Positions 1 through 14,270 of a stretch of 64,000 nucleotides of DNA are shown here, piece after piece. The stretch comes from Octopus sinensis. Lineage: Eukaryota. The notes beneath the pieces were generated by a model, which was not told where the DNA came from, searched no databases, and saw only the letters and a program-made list of their open reading frames with translations. The stretch covers positions 52,266,001 to 52,330,000 of the forward strand of contig NC_043013.1 in assembly GCF_006345805.1 (NCBI RefSeq). The letters run 5' to 3'. Each line of letters opens with the position of its first letter. Positions within the stretch are counted from its first letter, which is position 1. The position numbers were made by a program, and so were the translations under genes.

Positions 1-379
1 TCACAACAGCTTGGTGATGTGGATATTTCAGAGAACAAGTACTCTGGTGTCAATACCGATAACCATTATAAGGACCTGAGAAAACCCCGCCGTGTGAAGT
101 TCTTTGTGAACGGGGACCGTTTTTCCAAAGGGAAAAAAATTTTCATTACACCGAATCGCTATTTCAATTTCCACGACCTTCTTAACGATTTAACTAATAA
201 GTTACCGAAAAACAACGTCCACCTGCCTTATGGTGTCCGCCAGATCTTCACAGCCGGACTTGGAGAACTTATTAAAGACATAGAACAATTGCAAGATGGT
301 AAATCTTACGTTTGTGCTGGATTCGAAGGTTACAAGACCATTAAATATGGAAATTACGAAATGGAACCTTGGTCGTTCG
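1..379 (+). CDS. DCLK3: DCLK3-like kinase, exon encoding N-terminal DCX (doublecortin) domain; 5' boundary not visible
   Basis: Frame 1 is open from base 1: KPRRVKFFVNGDRFSKGKKIFITPNRYFNFHDLLNDLTNKL..LPYGVRQIFT..LQDGKSYVCAGFEGYKTIKY, a typical DCX fold (NGD, VR.IFT, G..YVC motifs). Donor TTCG|GTGAGA at 380, phase 1, compatible with the exon at 57227. Assignment to the same gene is inferred from phase and domain logic. Confidence 0.75.
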
Positions 380-2239
380 GTGAGACAGTTTTATTATTAC
401 CATGAGCTTTTCTTTTCTTTTTTATTTGTGTCACTTCTTAGACTGTGACCATGCTGGGGCACCACCTTGAAGGGTTTTAGTCGAAGATATCGACTCCAGT
501 ACTTATTTTTTATGTCTGTTACTTATTCTATTGGTCGCTTTGTTTGTTCGCTTACGAAAACGTGAATAAACCAACATCGGTTGTGAAGCGGTATTGATAC
601 AAACTGATGCGTGTTTCTCAATTCTCTGCCCTTTCCTTTCCCCGCGAGGTAGTGATGGCTATTCCTATATATATATATATGTATAAAAATGAAGTCTCAC
701 TGAGAAGAATTCAATCAAATTCAAGTCGATCTTTCGATCTTTGTACATATAAGCTGTAAGACAAAATGAACAAAGACTGCATCGGGAAAAAAGAAAGAAA
801 AATTTATATGTTCGAAACATTGCCTACGATTGTCCCGGACTGTATTCGTACTGTAAATTCTTGGTCTAACAATTCGTAATGCGAGGGGCTGGCTTGTTTC
901 AGGGATTGCTTGAGGAAAATATCAACCATGAATTATAAATTAATATCAATTATAATAAACAAACAACAACAACAAAAAAATGAAAAAGGGAGAGGGTAAG
1001 TGACTTGAGATTTCACATTTGTTGAGATAGGTTTGGCTATTATTTCTAACAACAGAGGTTGCATGACAATTCTAGGCGAACGTAAAGTGAAAATACGAAG
1101 CGGAAGTGGAAAAAGAAAGGGCGGAAGTTGTTAAATGTCAAACGAAAATCGAAACTGAATGCAATGTGAAAGGGGACCGTTTATTTAGTTTTCTTTTTTA
1201 TCGGATTTATAAGGTCGGTTGCCTAGTTTTCATGGTCTGTAAATGACCGGGGTCACAACATGCTTCCTGAACAAGATGTCGGTCCATTGCAGAGTTGAAA
1301 GGTAACAATTTTTTTTTTTTGCGGGGGTAAAGAATACGCAAACCACCCGTTTTCGGTGTAACCCAAACCCTTAACCTAACCCTAAACCCTAAACACAGGT
1401 GTGCGCATTCTTTACCTTCGCCCAATTTTAAAAATATTTTTAATGGAAGAGGTCAGTCGATTATATCAACCCCAGTACTTGACTGGTACGTTATTTTATT
1501 GACCCTGAAGGGATGAAAAGCAAAGTCAACCTCAGCGGGATTTGAACTCGAAACGTAAAGAGCCATTAGAAGATTGCACTAGCAACATTTCTTATCCCTT
1601 TTCTGTTTTTTTTTTGTGTTTTTTTCTCCTGTAATTTATTTTCTGTCCCCCACTCCATGACATCCTTGTATCGATCCACGGAAATGAAATCAAATATATT
1701 GATTACCCACAATTTATTTTTGTCTCGTCTGCTGTAAGCTCACAAGTGGTCGATATCGATCTGTTTTGACAAGTCACACACAGCTGATTTCCCATGGGGG
1801 GATCTTCTAATCGAATAATCGAACGTAAGAACATGTGCCAGTATTATTGATCTTTTATCCTGCATATGGATAGGTAGATGGGTTTGTCATGGCTGGCATG
1901 TCTTTGGACATAGATCTACTTGGTCAAAGTTGACTCGGAATTAAATAGCAAAGTAACAACAACAACAGCATCACCAGTATTTCCAAAGGACAGTATCCCC
2001 CCCCTCACTCAATCTAAACAACAATAAAATACACATACACTTGTCCATACATACACACAGACATACACATACACATAGACATTCATATACACATACATAT
2101 ACACAAAGAGACATACATATACACATACATTTTAGCATGATACTTACACATATACAGGTTTACACATACAAGTCAAAGCACATGTCTAAACACACAAACA
2201 CACACATTCATGCCTGCACATACACATATATGTAAAGGG

Positions 2240-2556
2240 TAATGGGTAAAGACCCTCTTTGGTTATGAATGATCATGGGATTGCACCTAGAAAGTTACCC
2301 TCCAAGGCACAAGTCCGGGCAAGGTTGTTTGTGAAAGGCCAGCAATCGCCCATGCATACCAGCCTCCCTGCTCTATACCACTGATGTTATCCAAGGGAAA
2401 GGCAAAGGGGCCGATACAGCTTGGCACCAGTGATGATCAGGAGTAATGTGAAATAAAGTGTCTTGCTCAAGAACACAACACATACTGCCTGGTCTGGAAA
2501 TTGAACTCACTACCTCACGATTGTGAGCCTGATGCTCTAACCACTGAGCCATCCAT
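2240..2556 (-). mobile_element. SINE family E (tRNA head)
   Basis: A box TGGCTCAGTGG, B box GAGTTCAATTTCC, followed by TGTTCTTGAGCAAGACACTTTA. Confidence 0.75.
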
Positions 2557-2721
2557 ATATAGCTTATGTATGCACACATACACAGTTTCACACGTTCACA
2601 CACACATGCAGGTTCATACACAAGTCAATATGCCTAAACATACATACACACACATGCATTCAGGTCTGCACATACTCAGTCCATACACACACACGCACAC
2701 ATACATACTTACATGCATACG

Positions 2722-3125
2722 TATGAGGTGGTGCTAAAAAGCTCCAGGATGAGGATCAGTTAATTACGATTTTTATTTAACATATTCCCCTCTCAGATTC
2801 ACACACTTATCGCAGGGTACCTCAGTTTTTTCTAAGCCCTATAAAAGAACTTGGAATGTTGGGCTTTTCACGATACCCTTTGTGCCAGGAACGTTTCAGC
2901 ACCCCTTTGTGTGTGTATATATATATATATACGTATACATACGAGGGGGGTGGGCTGAAAAGTTCCTGGCTTTGGGTAACAGAAAATACAGGAGGATCAG
3001 TTAATTATGATTTTATTCAGCATATATTCCCCTCTCAGATTCACATTGCAGCGGCCCTGGAAAGTTGGGCCTCCAATCAGGCCTTTCGCAGTACCCTTAA
3101 AGCCAGAAACTTTTCAGCACATCCC
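2722..3125. mobile_element. Two adjacent copies of the same mariner MITE (about 2722-2908 and 2940-3125)
   Basis: GGTGCT.AAAAG / CTTTTCAGCAC ends and the shared GATTTTATTCAACATATTCCCCTCTCAGATTCAC core. Confidence 0.75.
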
Positions 3126-4684
3126 AACACATGCACATATCTGGTCCATAGACACACACACACATGCACGTAAATGTGCACGTACACATACATACCTATG
3201 TGCGCATGCATGCACATACACACACACATTCACACACAGGTCTCCTTTTTATTTAGAGATCAAGGGACCAAGTAAAGAGTTCTCTCGTTGACTTGTTAAC
3301 ATCTGGAGATCAATTTATTTGGAGTCAGTTTATGTGGGAGTGGTCAGTTTGTGGGGAATCATTTTATGGACACCCTTACCAATTTCCTTTACCACACTCC
3401 CCAAACTGACCATGCCTCTACTCTTGTACTCCATCCACTGTTTCCACCACTTCCTCCATCTCTAACCACCCATCACTCTCCTTTCACACTCTTGAAAACT
3501 TACCTGCCCCCACCCCTGTAAATTGGTTGTTATTAAGAAGGACACTCAGCAGAAGAAACGACACGAAAGTAGACATTGGAGCATGATGTGGTCCTTGTGT
3601 GCATTGGATCCTGTCAAACCATGTAACCTGTTCCAACAAGGAGTATGGATGCTAAATGATGATGATGTCGATGATGATGTAGCCCCAAGCTGACCAATCT
3701 TCTGTCCCTATTTTCTCTCTTATATTTACCTGATATCTTCAAGGTACACACAAAACAAAACTCCTTTCTCCCTTTCCAGTTGTGGGAGTCATGTATCTCC
3801 TTTAAAGCAAGGCATCTGTTCCTACCCCCTCTGTCATACATTAAGCTCTTAACACCTGGCTTAAAGCCATCTCCCTTAATACTCCCTGCTCTGTTGAGTG
3901 GGGTCTACAAGATTGCCTGATAGCACACAACATGCAACACAAGCTCAACTAACTATAACAGTATTACAAGCATGAAACTTAAAGTAGGTCACATATAAAT
4001 CCTGTATATGTGTGTGTGTCTTTGCACCTGCCCCCATCAATGCTTGACGACTGGTGTTGGTTTGTTTATGTCCCTGCAACTTAGTGGTTTGGCAAAAGAG
4101 ACTGATGAAATAAACACCGGGCTTTAAAATGAGGTACCGTTGTTGATTTAGTCAACTAAAACTTTTCAATGCAGTCCTAGTAAGGGCCACATTGTAAGTA
4201 AGGGTTTCAGTCGACCAAATTAGGGGTCGACTAAAGTAAGGGTTTTAGTCGGCCAAATTAACCACAGTATGTAATTTTAAAGCCTGGCATTCTATCAGTT
4301 TCTTTTGCCAAACTACTAAGTTACAGGGACATAAAGAAACCAAATCCAGTTGTCAAGCAGTGATGGGGCAGACAGACACACCCACACGCACACACACACA
4401 CACACATACACGCACACACAGATTGTAAATGTGATCTACAATAAGTTTCATGCTTATAAGAGATGTTCTTGTCAGGTGAGCTCATAGCATGCTGTGTGCT
4501 ATCAGGCAATCTTGCAGACTCCACTCAACAGAGCAGGGCTGGAGTATTGAGGGAGATGGCTTTAAGCCAGGTGTTGAGAGCTTAATGTATGATAGAGGGA
4601 CAGGATATATATACATACATACATACATACATATATATGTATGTACATATATATGTATGTATATATATATATATATATGTATAT

Positions 4685-7487
4685 ATCATCATCATCATCA
4701 TCATCATTTAGCGTCCGTTCTCCATGCTAGCATGGGTTGGACGGTTCTACTGGGGTCTGTGAAGCCAGAAGGCTTCATCAGGCCCAGTCAAATCTGGCAG
4801 TGTTTCTACGGCTGGATGCCCTTCCTAACGCCAACCACTCCGTGAGTGTAGTGGGTGCTTTTTACGTGCCACCCGCACTGGTGCCAGACAGAGCTGGCAA
4901 ACGGCCACGAACGGATGGTGCTTTTTATGTGCCACCGGCACGAGGGCCAGGCGAGGCTGGCAACGGACACGAAACGGGGCGGTGCTGGCAACGGTCGCGA
5001 AACGGAAAGTTCTCTTACATGCCACCGGCACTGGTAACACATCTGCGATTTCCATTGATCGATTTCGATTCTGATCCTCACTTGCCTCAATGGGTCTTCA
5101 CAAGCAGAGTTTCGACATGCCACCGGCACTGGTAGCACATCCGCAATTTCCATTGATCGATTTCGATTCTGATCCTCACTTGCCTCAACACGTCTTCACA
5201 AGTAGAGTTTTGTGTCCCAAGAAGGGAAGGTATGCATACGTAGGCTGGCTCCATCCCATGTAGAAGGCCACGGGTTGTGGACTCACTTGTCCTGCGGGTC
5301 TTCTCGCGCACAGCACACTTCCAGAGGTCTCGGTCTCTAGTCATTTCCTCAGTGAGACCTAAAGTTCGAAGGTCGTGCTTCACCACCTCGTCCCAGGTTT
5401 TCCTGGGTCTGCCTCTTCCACAGGTTCCCTCAACCGCTAGGGTGTGGCCCTTTTTCACACAACTATCTTCATCCATTCTCGCCACATGACCATACCAGCG
5501 CAAACGTCTCTCTTGCACACCACAACTGATGCTTCTTAGGTCCAGCTTTTCTCTCAAGGTACTTACACTCTGCCGAGTGTGAGTACCAGCATTACACATC
5601 CATCGGAGCATACTGGCTTCATTTCTAGCAAGCTTACGCATATCCTCAGCAGTCACGGCCCATGTTTCACTGGCCATGTAGCATGGCTGTTCGTACACAC
5701 GCATCATACAGTCTGCCTTTCACTCTGTGCGAGAGGCCTTTTGTCACCAGCAGAGGTAAGAGCTCTCTGAACTTTGCCCAAGCTATTCTTACTCTAGCAG
5801 TTACACTTTCAGCACACCACCCCGCTGCTGATTTGGTCACCTAGGTAACGGAAACTATCAACTATTCTAGTTTTTCTCCCTGGAAAGTGACGGAAGTTGG
5901 TCTCAGAGCATTTTCAGTGTTTATTGTTCTGAGCATCTGCCACATACAAAAACCATCTTCCTAGTGCCTTCCTTGACATTGCTGCATCTCTTATGTGTCC
6001 ATAGCTTACACTTGGTGCATCTTATAGAGTTTCTACTAACTACACCTTTTCTACAGATCGAGCAGGGCCATCTACCTGAAGGTGTTTGTTATTTGTCTAC
6101 CTTCCTACTGATTACGACTTTGGTTTTAGCTAGATTGACTCTGAGGCCCTTCGATTTCTAATCCTTGTTTCCACACCTGAAACTTCTCCTCCAGTTCTGA
6201 TAGCGACTCAGCAATTAGAGCAAGGTCATCAGCATAGAGGAGCTCCCAAGGGCATCCTGTCTTGAATTCCTCCGTTATTGCCTGGAGGACTATGATAAAT
6301 AGGAGGGGGCTGAGTACTGAGCTTGGTGGACCCCTACCTCTACCCGGAATTCTTCACTGTACTCATTTCCAACCCTCACCCTACTAGCGGCGTCCCTATA
6401 CATGGCCCGCACAGCTCTCACTAACCATTCATTATCCCTAGTTTTCTCATTGCCCACAGATAAGGGATCGGGGGACCCTGTCGAGGCGGTTCTCCATGTC
6501 AACAAAAGCCAGGTACAGGGGCTTATCTTTGGCTAGGTATTTCTCCTGCAGCTGCCTTACCAGGAATTAGCATCAGTAGTACTTTTCCCTGGCACACACC
6601 CAAACTGCATCTCATCTAAACTAACTCTCTCTCTAATTAGTTGGGCTATGACCCTCTCCGTAACCTTCATCACCTGGTCCAACAGCTTGATACCTCTGTA
6701 GTTATTTGTATCTAGGGCATCACCTTTACTTTTGTAGCAGTTGACTATTATACTGCTACACCAGTCATTGGGTATGACCCCTTTGTGTATCACCTGATTA
6801 ACTATATGGGTGACTAGGCTATAGCCGACACTACCAGACATTTTGAGCATCTCTGCAGTGATTCCTGATGGGCCTGGGGCTTTCCCTGTCTTCATGCTTC
6901 TAATTGCCTTAGCTACCACAGAACTATCAACTCGGATAGCTGGTCCCTCTGTTGGGTCAACATTCGGCAGACTCTCTTTATCCCATTCATTTTCTTCATT
7001 CAGCAACCTTTCATAGTGGCATCTCCAAACCTCTCTCTTCGCATCCTCATTTAGCGCAAGTGAACCATCTTCCATGCGAACACACTTCTCTCCTACCCCA
7101 CATCACGATTCTCTCTCAAACACTGTCTTGCAACACGAAACACCTCCAGTCTTTGGTCCTCACGGCGCAGAACATTGGCAAATTTTTTCTTATCTGCTTC
7201 CCCTCTGGCTAAATAAACCTGTCTCCTAGCTTCTCTTTTGGCAGTCTGATACAATTCCCTGCTACCACCCCCATTTTTCCAGACCTTCCAAGCCTGTCTC
7301 TTTTCTCTAATAGCCCTGTCTACAATTTTTGTCCACCACCACGTTATTCTAGGTCGAGAGGGGACTTTGCACCAGCCACAGATCTGGTCAGTGGCTCTCA
7401 GCAGGTTGTCCCTTAGAAACGTCCAGCTGTCTTCTACCACCCCCTGTGATGCTCTATCCCCTTCTACTTCGTCAGAGGCTTCAAGTA
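4685..7487 (-). mobile_element. RTE-clade LINE, 5'-truncated, frameshifted (copy 1)
   Basis: Minus-strand RT fragments: YRGIKLLDQVMKVTERV, QFG..PGKSTTDA, ELLYADDLAL (YADD at 6225-6236), RLRWYGHVARM..GRGRPRKTW. The 3' UTR ends in (GAT)n. No endonuclease domain. Confidence 0.92.
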
Positions 7488-7517
7488 ATATATATGTATA
7501 TATGTATATATGTATGT

Positions 7518-10210
7518 ATCATCATCATCATCATCATCGTCGTTTAAAACGTCCGTTCTCCATGCTAGCATGGGTTGGACGGTTCGACCGGGTTCTGGGA
7601 AGCCAGAAGGCTGCACCAGGCTCCAGTCTAATTTGGCAATGTTTTCTACAGCTGGATGCCCTTCCTAACGCCAACCACTCCGTGAGTGTAGTGGGTGTGC
7701 TTTTTACGTGCCACCTGCACAGGTGCCAGGCGGGGCTGGCAACGGCCACGGTCAGATTGGTGTATTTTATGTGCCACCGGCACGGAAGCCAGTCGAGGCG
7801 GTGCTGGCATCGGCCACGAGTCTGATAGTGCTTTTTACGTACCACCAGACCAGGGATCCTGGCTGGTTCAATTCGATTTCGATTTCGCTTGCCCCAACAT
7901 GTCCTCACAAGCAAAGGGGGTTGGCATGGGTGCCTGTCGTACGGTCGCATTGGAGTATTTTACGTGCCACGGCCCCGAGTCGGATGAGTGCTTTTTACGT
8001 ACCCCGGCCGGGAGGCCAGGGCTCCTGGCTGTTCAATTCGGTTTTCGATTTCGCTTGCCCCAACATGTCTTCGCAAGCATGGGGGGTTGGGATGGGTGTC
8101 TGTCGTCGGATGAGGTTCTATATCGATTTCGCTTGCCTCAACCGGTCTTTGTGTCCAAGGGAGGAAAGGCATTCATAGTGGGCTGGGCTCACTTGTCCTG
8201 CCTGGTCTTCTCACGTACAGAATATTTCCAAAGGTAATTTCCTCAGTGAGGCCTAAAGTTCGAAGGTCGTGCTTCACACACACCTCGTCCCAGGTTTTCC
8301 TGGTCTACCTCTTCCACGGGTTCCCTCAACTGCTAGGGATTGGCACTTTCTCACACACCTATCTTCATCCATTCTCGCCACATGACCATACCAGCGCAAT
8401 CGTCTCTCTGCACCCACAACTGATGCTTCTTAGGTACAAACATTTCTCTCAAGGTGCTAACGCTCTGTCGAGTATGTACACTGACATTACACATCCATCG
8501 GAGATACTGGCTTCATTCCTCACGAGCTTACGCATGTCCTCAGCAGTCACAGCCCATGTTTCGCTGCCATGTAGCATGGCTGTTCGTACACACGCATCAT
8601 ACAGTCTGCCTTTTACTCTGATCGAGAGGCCTTTAGTCACCAGCAGAGGTAAGAGCTCCCTAAACTTTGCCCAGGCTATTCTTATTCTAGCAGTTACACT
8701 TTCAGCGCACCACCCCCACTACTGACTTGGTCACCTAGATAACGGAAGCTATCAACTACTTCTATTTTTTCCCCCTGGAAAGTGACGGAAGTTGTTTTCT
8801 GCAGATTTTCGGAGGTTAATGCTCCCCCCGACATCTGCCACATACAAAAACTATCTTCCGTTAGCCTACCTTTGACATTGCTGCACTCTTATGTGTCCAT
8901 AGCTTACACTGGGGTACATCTTATAGAGTTTCTTCTACCTACACCTTTTTCTACAGATCGAGCAGGGCCATCTTCCTGAAGATATTTGTGGATTGTCTAC
9001 CTTTCTACTTATTAGTACTTTGGTTTTAGCTAGGTTGACTCTAAGCCCCTTGATTCTAACCCTCCTTCCACACCTGGAACTTCTCCTCCAGTTCTGATAG
9101 GGACTCAGCAATAAGAGCAAGGTCGTCAGCGTAGAGCTCCCAGGGACAGCCTGTCTTGAATTCCTCCGTAATTGCCTGGAGTACTATGATAAATAGGAGG
9201 GGGCTGAGTACTGACCCTGGTGGACCCCAACCTCTACTTTGAATTCTTCTGTGTACATGTTGCCAACCCTAACCTACTTACGGCATCTCTGTACATGGCT
9301 TGCACAGTCCTCACCAGCCATTCATCTATCCCTAGTTTCCTCATTGACCACCAGATAAGGGATCGGGGGACCCTATCAAAAGCTTTCTCCATGTCAACGA
9401 AAGCCAGGTACAGGGGCTTATCTTTGGCTAGGTATTTCTCCTGCAGCTGCCTTACCAGGAATATAGCATCAGTGGTACTTTTTCCTGGCACGAACCCAAA
9501 CTGCATCTCATCTAAACTAACTCTCTCTCTGATTAGTTGGGCTATGACCCTCTCCGTAACCTTCATTACTTGATCCAACAGCTTGATACCTCTGTAATTA
9601 TTTTGTATCTAGGGCATCACCTTTACCTTTGTAGCAGTTGACTAGTATGCTGCTGCACCAGTCATTGGGTATGACTCCTTCGTGTATCACCTGGTTGACT
9701 ATACGGGTGACTAGGTTTATGCCGACACTGCCAGATATTTTGAGCATCTCTGCAGTAATTCCTGATGGGCCTGGGCTTTCCCTGTCTTCATGCTTCTAAT
9801 TGCCTTAGCTACCACGGAACTATCAACTCGGATAGCTGGTCCCTCTGTAGGGTCAACATTCGGCAGACTCTCTTTATCCCATTCATTTTCCTCATTCAGT
9901 AACCTTTCATATGGCGTCTCCAAGCTTCTCTCTTTGCATCCTCATTTAGCGCAAGTGAACCATCCTCCATGCGAACACTTTCTCTCCTACCACATCACGA
10001 TTCTCTCTCACACACTGTCTTGCAACACGAAATACCTCAAGTCTTTCCTCCTCACGGCGCAGGACATTGGCAAATTTCTCTTATCTGCTTCCCTCGGCTA
10101 GATAGACCTGTCTCCTAGCTTCCCTTCTGGCAGTCTGATACCCTTCCCCTCACCACCGTTCTTCCAGCCTTCCAAGCCTGTTTTCTTTTGTCTAATAGCC
10201 CTGTCAACAA
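7518..10210 (-). mobile_element. RTE-clade LINE, 5'-truncated, frameshifted (copy 2)
   Basis: QFGFVPGKSTTDAIFLVRQLQEKY..LYLAFVDMEKAFDRVPR, YADD at 9122-9133. Same (GAT)n tail as copy 1 but with many substitutions and a differently built 3' UTR. Confidence 0.92.
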
Positions 10211-10212
10211 TA

Positions 10213-10295
<83 letters not shown>

Positions 10296-10347
10296 GTATG
10301 TATATATATTATGTATGTATGTATATATATATATATATGTATGTATG

Positions 10348-10408
<61 letters not shown>

Positions 10409-10432
10409 ATATTATATATATATGTATGTATG

Positions 10433-10495
<63 letters not shown>

Positions 10496-11077
10496 GTATA
10501 TATATATTATATATGTATGTATGTATATATATATGTATGTATATATATATATGTATGTATATATATATATATATATATGTATGTATATATATATATATTA
10601 TGTATAATATATATATAATGTATGTATATATATATATATATATATGTATGTATATATATATATATATATGTATGTATATATATATATATATATGTATGTT
10701 AATATATATTGTATGTATATATATATATATTATATATATATTTATGTATGTATATATATATGTATGTATGTATATTATATGTATTATGTATATATATATG
10801 TATATATATATATATAGTATATAATATATGTATGTATGTATATATATATGTATATATATATATTATGTATGTAGTATATATATATGTATATATATATATA
10901 TGTATGTATGTATATATATATGTATATATATATATATATGTATGTATGTATATATATATGTATGTATATATATATATATATATGTATGTTGTATGTATAT
11001 ATATATATGTATGTATATATTATATGTATGTATATATAATATGTATATATATATGTATGTATGTATATATATATATG

Positions 11078-11109
<32 letters not shown>

Positions 11110-11395
11110 TATTATGTATGTATATATATATGTATATATATTATATATGTATGTTATATATGTATGTATGTATAATATATTATGTATGTATATATATTAT
11201 GTATGTATATTATATGTATGTATGTATATATATATGTATATATATATTTATGTTATATAGATGTATGTAGTATATATGTATGTATGTATATATATCTTAT
11301 GTATATATATATGTGGTATATATATATATGTATGTATATATATATGTATGTATATATATATGTATGTATATATATATGTTGTATGTATATATATG

Positions 11396-11426
<31 letters not shown>

Positions 11427-11700
11427 TATGTATGTATATATATATATGTATGTATATATATATATGTATTTATATAATGTATGTATTATATATATGTATA
11501 TATAATATATGTATATATATATATATATGTATGTAATATATATATTTGTATATATATATGTATAATATATATTGTATATATATATATATATGTATGTATA
11601 TATATATGTATATATATATATGTATATTATATATATATGTATATTATATATATGTATTATATATATATGTATTATATATATATGTATATATATATTATAT

Positions 11701-11731
<31 letters not shown>

Positions 11732-11943
11732 GTATGTATGTATATATGTATGTATATTATATGTATGTATGTATATATATATGTATCTATATATATATAT
11801 GTATGTATGTATATATATATAATGTATGTATATATATGTTATAATTATATGTATATATATATATATATGTATATCTATATATATATGTATGTAGTATATA
11901 TTTATGTATATATATATGTATGTAGTTATATATGTATGTTATA

Positions 11944-11997
<54 letters not shown>

Positions 11998-12108
11998 ATA
12001 TATATATATATATATATATATAATTATATTATATGTATGTATGTATTTATATATATATTATGTATGTATGTATATATATATATATATATATATATGTTGT
12101 ATGTATAT

Positions 12109-12141
<33 letters not shown>

Positions 12142-12256
12142 ATATATATATCTATATATATATATATATATATATAAGTATGTATGTATTTATATATATA
12201 TATATATATATATTATGTATGTATGTATGTAATATATATATATATAGATATATATA

Positions 12257-12318
<62 letters not shown>

Positions 12319-12366
12319 ATCTGTGTATGTATATATGAACCACTGGCTATGACATAAGGTCTGTAC

Positions 12367-12398
<32 letters not shown>

Positions 12399-12420
12399 CA
12401 CATACATACTGCACATACAT
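10211..12420. repeat. About 2.2-kb compound (TA)n/(TATG)n microsatellite
   Basis: Direct inspection; source of the Y/I/M/C/V ORFs. Confidence 0.97.
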
Positions 12421-12893
12421 ACTGAATATTGGTGATATTGTGATGAGATAAGGTGGATAAATTATTCATGTTTTGGGCCATAATAAATGTCTAAATGTGT
12501 CAGCCATATTGTGTAAAGAAGAAATTATTGCCCATTGAGAGAAGCCATTAAAATCGCAATTAACTAATTATAGTTAATAAATGGCTGTATTGACATGGCT
12601 GGGGAAACAAAACAGATGTTAAGATATCTGTCTGTCTGTATGTCTGTACCTGAATGTATATATATGTAGATATATATATATATATGCACATGTATTCAGT
12701 ATATGTGTGTGTATATCTATATTATATATACATGCAAAAAATGTGTCTATGTGAATAGGTGCTTGTGTGTGTGTGTGTGTATGTGTGTATATATGCACAC
12801 GTATACATACTCGTACTTTTTATATAGGCAATTTGCAATAAATATTAATGTTTTATATATATACTTCTTATCTATATACATATACCATATCAT

Positions 12894-12936
<43 letters not shown>

Positions 12937-13402
12937 GTATGCATATATGCATGTACTTTCTTATATAGCCTGTCATTTTTTTTATATATATGTTTCATAA
13001 CATAATGCATTTATTGGACAAGTCAAGGTACTTAATTGTTCAAAAGACCCAATTTAGCAAACTGTAACTAGGTGTCACCTGATAGCCTGAACACAGTAGC
13101 AATAACAATGTCAGTAGCAGCAGCAGCAGCAGCAACAGGCCTACCTTTTGTTTGTTAAATCTGTAGTGCTGAGTCCAGCTCTTTCTGTAGGTTGTTGTTG
13201 TTGTAGTTTAGTCGTACACCAGCCCTGGTCAGTAGGAGGAGATCATCTGTATTCCAGTTGTGGTCATCATGTTTCTTTTTCTCTAGATATTGAGGAGTGA
13301 TGTAATTTGAAGTAGGTTTGGCTGCTATTTCTTGAAGTTCCATGGTTAGATCTTTGTATACATCGTGTTGTGAGGTGTGTGATGTATATATGACATACGT
13401 GT

Positions 13403-13635
13403 CAAGGCGGCGAGCTGGCAGAAACGTTAGCACGCCGGGCGAAATGCGTAGCCGTATATCGTCTGCCGTTACGTTGTGAGTTCAAATTCCGCCGAGGTCG
13501 ACTTTGTTTTTCATCCTTTCGGGGTCGATAAATTAAGTACCAGTTACGCACTGGGGTCGATGTAATCGAATTAATCTGTTTGTCTGTCCTTGTTTTCCCC
13601 TCTGTGTTTAGCCCCTTGTGGGTAGTAAAGAAATA
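13403..13635 (+). mobile_element. SINE family A, full length, 18-bp TSD
   Basis: tRNA-like head (GGCGAGCTGGCAGAA..GAGTTCAAATTCC), core GAGGTCGACTTTG..TCATCCTTTCGGGGTCGATAAATTAAGTACC (Meta/MESC-like from memory); TSD TATATATGACATACGTGT at 13385-13402 and 13636-13653. Confidence 0.9.
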
Positions 13636-14051
13636 TATATATGACATACGTGTGATATACACACATACATACATGCGTACATCATTGTTTAACGCCCATT
13701 TGCTGCCTGGCTATGTGATTTCAATTTCAATTCCACTGCACAGCAGTGACCCAACCGCTCCTGACCCATTATATCAGCTTCACCGCCATATATCTCTCAC
13801 GCCCCCCACATGCTTTATGCCTGTTTCTCCCCCCCCCCATTCTTATAAAACACAATGTTCAGATCAGAGGTAGCGATACGAATGCATAATTCGGAGTCGG
13901 CGAATATCACAAATATTCCTTTCATTAAGAAACCAACAGAAATGGTACCAATAAAAATTATATGTATTTCGAACATTTACTGATTGAAATCCGTTCGCAT
14001 CGTCTCAACACTCGGTTTCAGAAGAGAAACGGTAAGCTGTGGCCTCCTACG

Positions 14052-14270
14052 TACGACGGGGTGCTGTAAAGTGCCTAGCTTTAAGGGTGTCGCGAAAGGC
14101 TTGGCTGGAGACCAACCGTCCGAGTTCTTTTTCAGGACAGAAAAACTGAAGGACCGCTGCAAAAAGTGTATGAATCTGAGATGAATATGTTGAATAAAAT
14201 CATGATTAACTAATCCCCCTGTATTATCTTTTATCCAAAGCCAGGCACTTTTCAGCACCACCCCCTCGTA
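14052..14270. mobile_element. Mariner-derived MITE
   Basis: About 30-bp TIRs (TACGA.GGGGTGCTG.AAAGTGCCT.GCTTT), TA ends; the interior encodes a mariner C-terminus-like LKDRCKKCMNLR. Confidence 0.85.

Noticed and set aside
380-405. End of the 128-aa ORF as a stand-alone DCX protein
   Set aside because: A good donor at 380 and a phase-matched downstream exon explain it better.
2500-2556. tRNA gene (also the heads at 13404, 20447, 21334 and 31522)
   Set aside because: A and B boxes continue into SINE bodies, and there is no complete cloverleaf acceptor stem.
4685-10210. Intact, active RTE element
   Set aside because: Both copies lack the endonuclease and have several frameshifts.
10188-12416. 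Many Y/I/M/C/V-rich ORFs
   Set aside because: Translations of a TA/TATG microsatellite that lacks stop codons.
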